From: the human T2T-CHM13v2.0 reference genome, Homo sapiens
NCBI RefSeq assembly: GCF_009914755.1
Contig: NC_060936.1
Reading direction: 5' to 3' (one strand)
DNA length: 64,000 nt
A program made the translations under genes and the position numbers. How positions within the stretch are numbered: the stretch's first letter is position 1; each line of letters opens with the position of its first letter. The notes under the pieces were generated by a model. That model was not told the DNA's origin and ran no database searches. It saw only the letters and a program-made list of their open reading frames with translations. This document shows positions 29,331 through 45,860 of the stretch, piece by piece.

Positions 29331-30907
29331 GACAAAGACGAGAAAGAATCTTGGTTCAACAAAACTTGTTCGTTTTAGGCCTTCAAACCCATCAATGTCT
29401 ACAGCGTCATGTTCGTTTCATTCACTTAGAACAGAACACAAGAACGGGGCTGAAGCTCTAACAGAAAAGACATAAGACCCTTGAGAAAGCATTACTTGAA
29501 CACAAGGTTTCTGGGACATTAAACATGGGTATAAGTGCTGCTATAGTACCTTTCTGGGGAAGACTTCCTCCTGTCTCGGGGACTTAGGCATCATTATCAA
29601 AGGCAGGGTGGGATGAAGAAAGTAAGGTGAATGCTCTGGTAGACTGAGAAGTCTAGGATATACAGGGGGACTTCAGGTGTCAAAACAAGAGGAGAAGGCT
29701 TCAGAAGCACACAATGTCAGGGTTGGAATTGAAGCCAGGTTGCAGCCCAAAGGGGACAGACAGCCCTGCCAGTTACTGGTGCTTCAGAGGTGGCACGGCT
29801 GCTCTTGGAGAAGCAACTGACTATTTCAGTTTTCCCTGACTACAGCTATAAGGACGCTCCCTACCTGCCACCCTCCATATCATCCCCCGCCCGCACCTAG
29901 ACACCCGAATCAAGGCAATGAAATTGTCTTGTGGGACATCTATGTGCCCAGCAAAGCTCAGCACATTTTGTGCATTTTTATTCAATAATGACAATGGTGT
30001 TCAAGATCAGCGCTGTTACCCTCATGACACGGATGAAGAAAGGCCTAGAGATGAAGTCACGTGCCCAAGTCTGCAGGGTCCTGACTCATAGAGCTGGTAT
30101 GGAAACTGATCAGGCTGGTTCTGGAGCCCCTGCTTTTCCATTTCACCACTGACTTGGAGGAGAGAGAAGACCCTGAAATATCGTTTAGTTCAATACTTGA
30201 CTCTCTAGACAAAGAACTGGGAATGACACATACGGGAAATAAGGAATTCTCCATCTGCAGAGGTCTGCTAGGCATTTTCTCTGAGGAGTCAATCATTCAC
30301 CGTTCTCTCAAAAGCAGCTTATGCAAAATATGATCTCTTAGCAGCCACAGTATTCAATACCCTGATTAGGTTCAAATCAGAAGGCAAACACCTCAAGGAC
30401 AAGAGTTTGCAACAAAAAAGGCAACAACAGCACCCTGGACACTCATGTCAGGACATTCCAATGTGCATACGCCTCCTTAAGCACGGAGGGACTCTGAAGA
30501 TGATCTACCAAAGCAAACATTCTTTCTGTTTTGTCTCCACATCAAAGGAAGGAAATTGTTACATGGAAAACAGGAACAAATAATTTATAACCCATTTCTG
30601 CTTGGTCCTAGAATGGACTGACTATCCTCACACCCTATCACAAGCACTGTTCACCCCTCTCTTCCTTCTTAGAGAAGTTAAAAACTGTGCTTCAGTGAGC
30701 TCCCATCCCACTCAAAGTAAAACCCTCAATCTTGACTGTGCATAGAAGACCCAAGAGGATTCTGGCCCCACTACTCTTCTCTCATCTCATCTTCTGCTCT
30801 TCCTTCTGCTCCCTCCATGATCATCATACTGGCTTCTTGATCCTTGAACATGCCAAGGACTCTTCCCTTAGAGAGCCATAGAGCTCCCTTTCTCCCTTCC
30901 TTCAAGG

Positions 30908-31467
30908 TGTCAAAGAAAATACTGTTTCAGCACCCTCCAAGTTTATTACACCCAGAAGGATATTAAGACCCAAGACTGAGTTGCACCACCGGTTTCCAAT
31001 TCTGCTTCTTAGATTAAAGGAGAACTCTCTTTCCCATTGTTCTTCTTCTGTGAATGAGTAGGAGAGACCAGAAACCAGGCCTTGCCCACTACGGAACCCA
31101 GATCTTTGTTATAGTTTAACTGACTCCTTTATTGTCGTGTACCTTGCTAAGACCAGATGACACCCGAGATGCCTAGACTGTTAAATCTTCAGTGAGGAAT
31201 GTTTAATCTACCTTTCCACAAAGAAAAAGACCACCTGGACTAATTAGATCATTTAAATGATGCATTAAACCTTACATAGAAAGATGTTGAAATTCTGCTA
31301 GGCTTTCCCAAGCTTCCTCTGTATAAAGGATCCCAAACTTCACTTTGGAATACAGACTTCCATTCTGTGGAATCTGGGCTTCCCACACAGGCCTGTCCTC
31401 AACGTTTGTGCTTAAATCAACTCTGTTTAAGGTAAATTCTGACCTTCTTGCATCCTTTAGTTTAACA
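30908..31467 (+). mobile_element. ERV1 solo LTR (MER34/MER31-like; subfamily uncertain)
   Basis: tgtcaaag...gtttaaca termini; TATA-like gtataaa; gacttccattc..tggaatctg. Confidence 0.55.
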
Positions 31468-32469
31468 TGGGTCTCTGGTGAAATGCCTCCTTATTGGAGA
31501 GGACATCTCTGTCACCTCACCCTCATACACTGCTCAGCCCCTCCCACACTGCTCAGCCCCTCCCCTTGCTTTATTTTCTCCATGGTGCTTCCCTGACATG
31601 TACGCCCTTGTTGAGGGCTTGCTTCCTCTCCTTGGCTAGAATGTAAGTTGCATGAAGCCAGGGACATCAGCTTAATTCAGTGCAGCATCCCCAGGGCTTA
31701 GAGAATCACCTGGCACACAGGAGGTTTTCAATAATTAAGAAACAAATTTGTGTAAACAGCAAGAGTGGGAGTTGGCAGAAGTGCATTCTATATAAAACAC
31801 AGGTATTTGTGTTTGGCTGTTGGTGCTAAGGAAGGCTGTGAAAGGTGAGTTCAAGTTTGCTTCTGATATACATTGGAAATATCAACTCCTCTTTCTCCAT
31901 AGCCACAACTCCCACTCCCTACCTCTTTTCTTTCTCAGGACTTTGGGAAGATTCAAGAACAATGTAGGGAACATGGGCTGTAGGAAGAGCCCTGAGTTGG
32001 AATTCTACTGATTCTCCCAGTCATTCTCTATGTGACCTCAGACAAATGGCTTAGCCTCTGAAATGGGTAGGGTTGGATGTCAGGATGGGTAAATGAGAGT
32101 GAGCTGGCAATCTCTGGTGTCTGGATGAATTGCTCAGGGCCTCTCTATTCTACACAATCTTGGGATCTCTTTTATCTTAGAAATTTATGCCTAGCTTGCA
32201 CTTTACTCAATAATTTGTCCACTACAATTTTTAAAAATGTTTCAATTTTAGAAGAATATGATTTTAGAAATATGCACCAAAATAGTTATAGATGAAACAA
32301 CAAGAAGTCTGGGATCTGATTCACAATAATCCTGGCAGGGAGACAGTGTAAGTAAGGAGACAGAAAAACACGGGTGGCATGAGTTGCTGTGGCTGGGGAA
32401 TGGGCACATGGGAGTTTGTGATACCATTCTCTATACTTTTGTAGAGCACTGAAAACACAACTGAAAATC

Positions 32470-32840
32470 TTTGCAGCCATAAAAAAAAAACAAGATCATG
32501 TATTTTTCAGGGACATGGATGGAGCTAGTGTCGATTATATTTAGCAAACTAACACAGGAACAGAAAACCAAATACTGCTTGATCTCACTTATAAGTGGGA
32601 GCTAAATTATGAGAACACATGGATGCATAGAGGGGAACAACACACACTGGGGCCTATCAAGTGGTGGAAGGTGGAAGGAGAAAGAGGACCAGGAAGAATA
32701 ACTATTGAGTAATAGGCTTAGTACTTGGGTGATGAAATAATCTGTACAACCAACCCCCATGACACATGTTTACCTAGATAACAAGCTTGCACATGTACCA
32801 ATGAACTTAAAATAAAAGGGAATAAATAAATGAAAAAAAA
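32470..32840 (+). mobile_element. L1PA (older) 3' end
   Basis: gcagccataaaaa..gaacagaaaaccaaatac..ctcacttataagtgggagctaaa; A-rich tail. Confidence 0.85.
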
Positions 32841-33214
32841 GGAAAATCTTAAACCACCTAGAGAAAAAAGATCACCTACAAAGGAACAAAAATTAGAATG
32901 ACCCCAGGCTTCTTCACACCGACAAAGAAAGCCAGAAAACTATGCTATATAATATCTTCAAAGTGCCAAGGGAAAACAATTGTCACTCTAGAATTGAGTC
33001 ACCAGTACAGTGGTCTTTCAAGAATGACAGTAAATAACATTTCAAACAAAAACTAAGGGAGCTCACTTAAGAGCACTAAAGAAACTTTTAAAAGCTGACT
33101 CTGCAATGAAGAGAAGTGGATGGGCCCCAAAGGAAGGTCAGACATGCAAAAAGAAATGTAAGAATGTATGTAAGTCTAAACAGTTTGTATAAAATGATAG
33201 CAGTCATAGCCTCT

Positions 33215-33576
33215 GATAATGGTTTGGCTGTGTCCCCACCCAAAATCTCATCTTGAATTGTAATCCCCCTAATGCCAGGTGTCAAGGGAGAGATCAGGTG
33301 GAGGTAATTGGATCATGGGGGCGGTTTCCTCCATGCCGTCCTCATGATAGTGAGTTCTCACGAGGTCTCATGGTTTTATAAGGGAGATTTCCCTGCTCTT
33401 GCTAGCAATTCTTCCACCTGCTGCCTTGCGAAGAAGGCGCCTTGCTTCCTCTTCACCTTCCATCATGATTGTAAGTTTCCTGCCTCCCCAGCCATGCAGA
33501 ACTGTGAGTCAATTAAACCTCTTTCCTGAATAAATTACCCAGTCTCTTCATAGCCGTGTGAGAACGAACTAATACA
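33215..33576 (+). mobile_element. THE1D/MSTA MaLR solo LTR
   Basis: tgataatggtttggctgtgtccccaccca..atctcatcttgaattgtaatc ... gaactgtgagtcaattaaacctcttt ... gaactaataca. Confidence 0.85.
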
Positions 33577-34154
33577 GTCTGTAATTTCTGGGCTAGATAG
33601 AACTAAAATAATGGCCATCAAAAGCCTGTAATTGGGAAGGACAGTGATTGGAATGAATGTCAAGACAGGACAGAAGGTTATAATGTAGTTTTACTTCACA
33701 CTGTTAAGTTTAGAATGCATGATAAAAGTCTACTTTTTGGTACCTAGCCCGGAGAACCCTTCACAATTGTGTATAAGGAGGCATATTTAAAAACGTTCTG
33801 GGGACAGTGGGAGGAACAGCATCAGGAAAAATAACTAATGCATGCTGGGCTTAATACCTAGATGATGGGTTGATAGGTGCAGCAAACCACCATGGCACAC
33901 ATTTACCTATTTAACAAACCTACACATCCTGCACATGTACCCCGGAATTTAATATAACAATAAAAAAAAGTTCATGCTAGTATTGCTTGAATAGTAACAT
34001 CCTGGGAACAACTTCAATGTTCATCTACATGGGAAATGATTTATAAACTCTAGAATATCAATACCACGGAACACTACTGGGAATGCAGTAGATCTGTTGG
34101 AACCAACATTTCAGTGGGAAACAAACAAGTGTCTGAAACTTTTCATACACATAT

Positions 34155-36915
34155 TTATAAATATCTCTTATGAACATCAATGCAAAAATCCTCAACAAAA
34201 TACTAGCTAACCAAATTCAACAGCGTATCAAAAAGATAATACACCATCATCAAGTGGGCTCCATACCAGGGATTCAGGGTTGGTTTAACATACACAAGTC
34301 AGGCCGGGCACAGTGGCTCACACCTGTAATCTAGCACATTGGGAAGCCATGGCGGTTGGATCACTTAAGGCCAGGAGTTTGAGACCAGCCTGGCCAACAT
34401 GGCAAAACCCTGACTCTACTAAAAAATACAAATAAATTAGTTGGGCATGGTGACACACACCTGCAATCCCTGCTACTTGTGAGGCTGAGGTATGAATATC
34501 CTTTGAACCCGGGAGGTGGAGGTTGCAATGAGCCAAGATCATGCCATTATACTCCAGACTGGGTGACAGAGCAAGACTCTGTCCCCCACCCCCGAAAAAT
34601 ATGAGTTAATAAATGTGATACACCACATAAACAGAAGTAAAAGCAAAAATCATGTGATCATCTCAATAGACACAGAAAAAGCATTTGGTAAAAATCCAGC
34701 ATTTCTTTATTATTAAGACCCTCAGCAAAATTAGCATGGAAGGGACAAATCTTAAGGTAATAGAAGCCATCTATGACAGACCCATAGCCAACATTATACT
34801 GAACAGGGAAAAGTGGAAAGCATTTCCTTTGAGAACTGGAGCAACATAAGGATGCCCACTTTTACCACTTCTATTCAGCATAGTACTGGAAGTCCTAGCC
34901 AGAGCAATGAGACAAGAGAATGAAATAAAGGGCATCCCAATTGGTAAAGAGGAAGTCAAACTGTTGCTGTTTGCTGATGATATGATCGTATACCTAGAAA
35001 ACCCTAAAGACTCATCCAAAAAGCTCCTATATCTGATAAATGAATTCAGTAAAGTTTCAGAATACAAGATCAATGTACACAAATCAGTAGCACTGCTATA
35101 CACCAACAGTGACTAAGCTGAGAATCAAATCAAGAACTCAACCCCTTTTACAGCAGCTTAAAAAAAAACAACTTAGGAATATACCTAATCAAAGAGGTGA
35201 AAGATCTCTGCAATGCAAACTACAAAACACCCCTGAAAAAAATCATAGATGACACAAACAAATGGAAACGCATCCCATGCTCATGCATAGGTAGAATAAA
35301 TATTGTGAAAATGACCATACTTCCAAAAGCAATCTATAAATTCAATGCTCCATCCAAATTATTTTCTCCATCCAAATACCAGCATCATTCTTCACAGAAC
35401 TAGAGAAAACAATCCTAAAGTTCATATGGAACAAAAAAAGAGCCTGCATAGTCAAAGCAAGACTAAACAAAAACAACAAATCTGGAAATATCACATTAGC
35501 CAACATCAAACTATACTATAAGGCTATAGTTACCAAAAAAGCATGATACTAGTATAAAAACAGGTGCATAGACCAATGGAACAGAATAAAACCCAGAAAT
35601 AAAGCCAAATACAGCCAACTGATCTTCAACAAAGCAAACAACAACATAAAGTGGGGAAAGGACACCCTAACCAATAAATGGTGCTGAGATAATTGGCAAG
35701 CCACATGTAGAAGAATGAAACTGGATCCTCATCTCTCACCTTACACAAAAATCAACTCAAGATGGATCAAAGACTTATATCTAAGACCTGAAACCATAAA
35801 AATTCTAGAAGCTAACAGAAAAATTCTTCCAGACATTGGCCTAGGCAAAGGGTTCATCACCGAAAACTTAAAAGCAAATACAACGAAAACAAATATAAAT
35901 AGATGAGACTTAATTAAACTAAAAAAGCTTCTGCACAGAAAAAGAAATAATCAGCAGAGTAAACAACCCACAGAGTGGAAGAAAATATTTGCAAACTACG
36001 CATCCAACAAAGGACTAATATGTAGAATCTACCAGGAACTCAAACCAGCAAGAAAAAAACAATTCCATCAAAAAGAGGGTTAAGGACATGAATAGACAAT
36101 TCTTAAAAGAAGATATACAAATGGCCATCAAACATGTGAGATAATGCTCAATATCACTATCAGGGAAATGCAAATCAAAACCACAGATACCACCTTACTT
36201 CTGCAAGAATGTCCAAAATTTAAAAATCAAAAAACAATAATGTTGGTGTGGATGTGGTGAAAAGGAAACACTTTTACACTGCCGGTGGAAATGTAAACTA
36301 GTACAACCATGCTGGAAAACCTTATGGAGATTCCTTAAAGAACTAAAAGTAGAATTACCATTTGACCCAGCAATCCCACTACTGGGTATCTGCCTTCCCA
36401 AAAGAAGTCATTATATGAAAAAGACACTTGCACACATGTGTTTGTAGCCTCACAATTCACAATTGCAAAAATATGGAACCAGCCTAAATGTCCATCAACC
36501 AACGAGTGAGTAAAGGAATTGTGGTGTATATATATATACACACACAGCCAACATAAAATACTACTCAGTCATAAAAAAGTAACAAAATAATGGCATTTGC
36601 AGCAACCTGGATGCAGTTGGAGACCATTATTCTAAGTGAAGTAACTCAGGAATGGAAAACCAAACATCATATGTTCTCACTTATAAGTGGGAGCTAAGCT
36701 ATGAGGATGCAAAGGCATAAGAAAGATACACTGAACTCTGGAGACTTGGGAAGGGGTGGGAGGGTGGTGAGGGATAAAAGACTATACATTCAGTGCAGTG
36801 TACACTGCTTGGGTGATGAGTGCACCAAAATCTCAGAAATCACCACTAAAGAATGTATCCATCTAACCAAACAGCCTGTTCCCCCAAAACTATTGAAATA
36901 CTAATACTAAATAAA
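34155..36915 (+). mobile_element. L1PB-like element, 3' ~2.5 kb (decayed RT to 3'UTR) with an AluS insertion (34301-34600)
   Basis: ORF fragments [48 protein letters not shown]; broken frames. Confidence 0.9.
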
Positions 36916-37685
36916 AATTATATGTGTGTATGTGTATTTATAGAATGTATATAAAGACAAAGAACATAGGACTCTACAGCAAACAGGCAGGGGAGGAGGG
37001 CAGAGGAGCGAGGTGGAGTGGGGTGAGTGCAACTTTACCTTTGTTGGTCACATTTCTACTTTTTTGTAAAGACACTGTATTTGTGCATTTTCTTCTGTAA
37101 ATATAAATTAATGTTAGAACAGTTCAGTGCAATAAAAAACAAAAAACTGCAAGTTTATGAAGAGCAGGGATGTGTCTGTCTTGAACACCATTGCACTGTA
37201 AGCACCTATAGCACATTATAAATGTTCATGGACTGGAAGGAGAGATCCCCAAAATATTAGCAGTCTTTTTATCTCACTAATGGGACAATGTATAATTTAT
37301 TCGTTCCAACTACTTTTCTCCATTTTCTACTTTTCTATATGACATTGATAATGGTAAAAATAAAATGATGAACCATGTTGTTAAGAAATGTCTTCATCCC
37401 CCATTCTCTCTCACCCCACCCACTAGTGTCACCCAGAACCCAGGTGCAAGGCCCAGACTCACCATCCCATATCAGCTGCATATCCTCATCATGGATCTGG
37501 TGGATGTTCACCCATTTGACTGTGAATCCTAAAGATTCATCTGCAGTCACAGGTGTTGCTTTCACAGAGGGCCAGCCAAGAAATTCTAGTATAAAAATGC
37601 CGGAAGTCACTACCAAGGATCGATACACATTTAGGAAAGCCAGCACTACAGATGAAACATTCAAGAAACAAAACACCCAGCATCC

Positions 37686-37980
37686 AGCCGGGCAGAGTGG
37701 CTCACACCTATTATCCCAGCACTTTTGGAGGCAGAGGCACAGGATTGCTTGAGCCCAGGAGTTCAAGACCAGACTGGGCAACATGGTGATCCCCATCTCT
37801 ACAAAAAAATGCAAAATTAGCCAGGAATGGTGACATGTGCCTGTAGTACCAGCTGGGAGGCTGAGGTGGGAGGATCACGAGCCTGGGAAGTTAAGGCCGC
37901 CGTGAGTCATGATCCTGCCACTGCAGTCCAGCCTGGGTGACAGATCCAGACCCTGTTTCAAACAAGCAAAACCAAAAGAA
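37686..37980 (+). mobile_element. AluJ
   Basis: ggattgcttgagcccaggagttcaagaccag; diverged dimer. Confidence 0.85.
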
Positions 37981-38858
37981 AACCCACCATCCAAGGATGG
38001 AGTTAATAATAAAATCTGAACAAAACTTTAGAGAAAGTACTATTGAATCCCCAGAAACTTTTTCTTAAAAGATATTGAGTTCAGTTCCTAAAGTGCTTAG
38101 AAATTCAAAATTTGAAGTTATATATAAATCAATAAATAAATCAATAAGGCACTGGTCAGGCAATATCGCCACAGAATAATGAAATAACTATCAAGATACC
38201 ACAACATCATCCAGAAGAGAAAAATATAGAGTACCTTCTGCATTAGAAAAACAAAAAGTTAAATGAAAATTCAATAGGTGGGTTGAATAGCAGAATAACC
38301 ACAACTAAAGGGTGAATTCGTTAAAAGTGAATCAACCCAGAAATTCTTCCAAAGTAGACAAAGAAATGGGAAATATGAAAGAGAAATTAAGAAACATAGA
38401 GAATAAATCCAAATAAATTCCAAAAATGGAACAGAGATCTTCTTCCTGCTTAATGTAGAAAAGAATATTACAGGTGCATGAACACCACCCACATAACTGA
38501 CTTTTTAGGGACAGAGATCAGGCTATTTGACTGTATGTTTAAAGTTATTTTAATTTTTAAAAGAATAATATAGTCCTCAGTATGAGATGATGTTAAGTAC
38601 AGTCATAAATGGTAACAAGGGCAAGAGCCAAAACATTTGATTTTATGATAGAAAATTGTTGAAGGGGAGCTCCCAGCGTGAGCGACGCAGAAGACGGGTG
38701 ATTTCTGCATTTCCATCTGAGGTACCGGGTTCATCTCACTAGGGAGTGCCAGACAGTGGGCGCAGGCCAGTGGGTGCGCGCACCGTGCGCGAGCCGAAGC
38801 AGGGCGAGGCATTGCCTCACCTGGGAAGCGCAAGGGGTCAGGGAGTTCCCTTTCCGAG

Positions 38859-39074
38859 TCAAAGAAAGGGGTGACAGACGCACCTGGAAAATCGGGTCAC
38901 TCCCACCCGAATATTGCGCTTTTCAGACCGGCTTAAAAAACGGCGCACCACGAGATTATATCCCACACCTGGCTCGGAGGGTCCTACGCCCACGGAATCT
39001 CGCTGATTGCTAGCACAGCAGTCTGAGATCAAACTGCAAGGCGGCAGCGAGGCTGGGGGAGGGGCACCCGCCAT
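38859..39074 (-). CDS. L1 ORF0 (antisense 5'UTR ORF), intact 71 aa
   Basis: MAGAPPPASLPPCSLISDCC...RCVCHPFL*, 216 nt; both splice donors present (nt 106 CCAG|GTGTGG and nt 191 CCAG|GTGCGT). Confidence 0.88.
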   Translation of the reverse strand: MAGAPPPASLPPCSLISDCCASNQRDSVGVGPSEPGVGYNLVVRRFLSRSEKRNIRVGVTRFSRCVCHPFL

Positions 39075-39529
39075 TGCCCAGGCTTGCTTAGGTAAACAAA
39101 GCAGCCGGGAAGCTCGAACTGGGTGGAGCCCACCACAGCTCAAGGAGGCCTGCCTGCCTCTGTAGGCTCCACCTCTGGGGGCAGGGCACAGACAAACAAA
39201 AAGACAGCAGTAACCTCTGCAGACTTAAATGTCCCTGTCTGACAGCTTTGAAGAGAGCAGTGGTTCTCCCAGCACGCAGCTGGAGATCTGAGAACGGGCA
39301 GACTGCCTCCTCAAGTGGATCCCTGACCCCTGACCCCCGAGCAGCCTAACTGGGAGGCACCCCCCAGCAGGGGCACACTGACACCTCACACTGCAGGGTA
39401 TTCCAACAGACCTGCAGCTGAGGGTCATGTCTGTTAGAAGGAAAACTAACAAACAGAAAGGACATCCACACCAAAAACCCATCTGTACATCACCATCATC
39501 AAAGACCAAAAGTAGATAAAACCACAAAG

Positions 39530-40546
39530 ATGGGGAAAAAACAGAACAGAAAAACTGGAAACTCTAAAACGCAGAGTGCCTCTCTTCCTCCAAAGGAACG
39601 CAGTTCCTCACCAGCAATGGAACAAAGCTGGATGGAGAATGATTTTGACGAGCTGAGAGAAGAAGGCTTCAGACGATCAAATTACTCTGAGCTACGGGAG
39701 GACATTCAAACCAAAGGCAAAGAAGTTGAAAACTTTGAAAAAAATTTAGAAGAATGTATAACTAGAATAACCAATACAGAGAAGTGCTTAAAGGAGCTGA
39801 TGGAGCTGAAAACCAAGGCTCGAGAACTACGTGAAGAATACAGAAGCCTCAGGAGCCGATGCGATCAACTGGAAGAAAGGGTATCAGCAATGGAAGATGA
39901 AATGAATGAAATGAAGCGAGAAGGGAAGTTTAGAGAAAAAAGAATAAAAAGAAATGAGCAAAGCCTCCAAGAAATATGGGACTATGTGAAAAGACCAAAT
40001 CTACGTCTGATTGGTGTACCTGAAAGTGATGCGGAGAATGGAACCAAGTTGGAAAACACTCTGCAGGATGTTATCCAGGAGAACTTCCCCAATCTAGCAA
40101 GGCAGGCCAACGTTCAGATTCAGGAAATACAGAGAACGCCACAAAGATACTCCTCGAGAAGAGCAACTCCAAGACACATAATTGTCAGATTCACCAAAGT
40201 TGAAATGAAGGAAAAAATGTTAAGGGCAGCCAGAGAGAAAGGTCGGGTTACCCTCAAAGGGAAGTCCATCAGACTAACAGCGGATCTCTCGGCAGAAACC
40301 CTACAAGCCAGAAGAGAGTGGGGGCCAATATTCAACATTCTTAAAGAAAAGAATTTTCAACCCAGAATTTCATATCCAGCCAAACTAAGCTTCATAAGTG
40401 AAGGAGAAATAAAATACTTTACAGACAAGCAAATGCTGAGAGATTTTGTCACCACCAGGCCTGCCCTAAAAGAGCTCCTGAAGGAAGCGCTAAACATGGA
40501 AAGGAACAACCAGTACCAGCCACTGCAAAATCATGCCAAAATGTAA
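39530..40546 (+). CDS. L1 ORF1p, intact 338 aa
   Basis: MGKKQNRK...NHAKM; REKG, ARR and YPAKLS motifs retained. Confidence 0.95.
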   Translation: MGKKQNRKTGNSKTQSASLPPKERSSSPAMEQSWMENDFDELREEGFRRSNYSELREDIQTKGKEVENFEKNLEECITRITNTEKCLKELMELKTKARELREEYRSLRSRCDQLEERVSAMEDEMNEMKREGKFREKRIKRNEQSLQEIWDYVKRPNLRLIGVPESDAENGTKLENTLQDVIQENFPNLARQANVQIQEIQRTPQRYSSRRATPRHIIVRFTKVEMKEKMLRAAREKGRVTLKGKSIRLTADLSAETLQARREWGPIFNILKEKNFQPRISYPAKLSFISEGEIKYFTDKQMLRDFVTTRPALKELLKEALNMERNNQYQPLQNHAKM

Positions 40547-40582
40547 AGACCATCGAGACTAGGAAGAAACTGCATCGACTAA

Positions 40583-44431
<3,849 letters not shown>

Positions 44432-45169
44432 ACAATGAGATCACATGGACACAGGAAGGGGAATATCACACTCTGGGGACTGTTGTGGGGTGGGGGGAGG
44501 GGGGAGGGATAGCATTGGGAGATATACCTAATGCTAGATGACGAGTTAGTGGGTGCAGTGCACCAGCATGGCAGATATATACATATGTAACTAACCTGCA
44601 CAATGTGCACATGTACCCTAAAACTTAAAGTATAATAAAAAAAAAATTACTGACTGTGGTAAAAGGTTGGGAAAGATGTCTTTCAAGATGTTTCCTAAAA
44701 CAAAATTCTGTAATAATTAAAGTGACACTTACCATGTTCTAGACACTTCTAAGTGCTTTACATGTGAACCTCAGTTGAAGCTCACTATCAGTCCTAAGTG
44801 GTAATTATGATTGCTATTGTACCCATTTTACAAATGAGGAAACTGAAGCATAGAGGGATTAGTTAAGTTGTTCAAGGTCAGGTAGCTAATAAGTGGCAGA
44901 TTCCGGATGAGAACTCATCAGGCTGGCTTCAGGGACTGTACTTCTTAACCAGTAAGAATGTTGGTTTCTTAGGTTGTATATGTAATGTGGCTTGCCCTAA
45001 TATTCAAATATTTGTATTCTAATTCCGAAATTTTCAATGCCTCTGTGATTCTATATATTACTTTACCTCTCAAGCCTGTTTTCCTTAGTTGAGTTAGTTG
45101 CCAAAAGTTAAATTAGTCTCTGAGTTCATTACCAGTTCTGGCTTCTTAGAATTTAGTGAACATAAGAGT

Positions 45170-45860
45170 CTATTATTAAAAAGTCAAAAACTAACAGATG
45201 CTGGTGAGGTTGCAGAGAAAAGGGAACAGTTATGCACTGTTGGCAGGAATGTAAATTAGTTCAACCATTGTGGAAAGCAGTATGACGTAGCTAAAAACAG
45301 AGCTACCATTCGACCCAGCAATTTCATTACTGGGTATATTCCCAGAGGAATATAAATCATTCTACCATAAAGACACATGCACACGAATGTTCATTGCAGC
45401 ACTATTTACAATAGCAGAGACATGAAATTAACCTAAATTTCCATTAATGACAGATGGGATAAATAAAATGTGGTACATATACACCATGGAATATAATGCA
45501 GCCATAAGAAAGAATGAGATCATGTCTTTTGTAGGAACATGATCATGTCTTTTGTAGGAGGCCATTATCCTTAGGAAACTAACGCAGGAACGGAAAACCA
45601 AATACAGCATGTTCTCACCTGTAAGTGGGAGCTAAATGATAAGAACTCATGGACACAAAGGGAACAACAGACACTGGAGCCTCTTTAAGGGTAGAGTGTG
45701 GGAGGAGGAAGAAGAACAGAAAAAACAGCTATTGAGTACCAGGCTTAAGATCTGGATGATGAAATAATCTGTACAATAAACCCCTGTGACATGAGTTTAC
45801 TTATATAACAAACCTGCACATGCACCCCTGAACCTAAAATTAAAGTTAAAAAAAAAAAGC
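45170..45860 (+). mobile_element. L1PA (older) 3' end
   Basis: aacagatgctggtgagg..ccattcgacccagcaat..atacaccatggaata..; A tail. Confidence 0.88.

Noticed and set aside
44487-44508. G-quadruplex-forming tract
   Set aside because: Standard L1PA 3'UTR feature
45518-45560. Direct repeat GATCATGTCTTTTGTAGGA
   Set aside because: Local duplication inside an old L1 3' end; no sign of function
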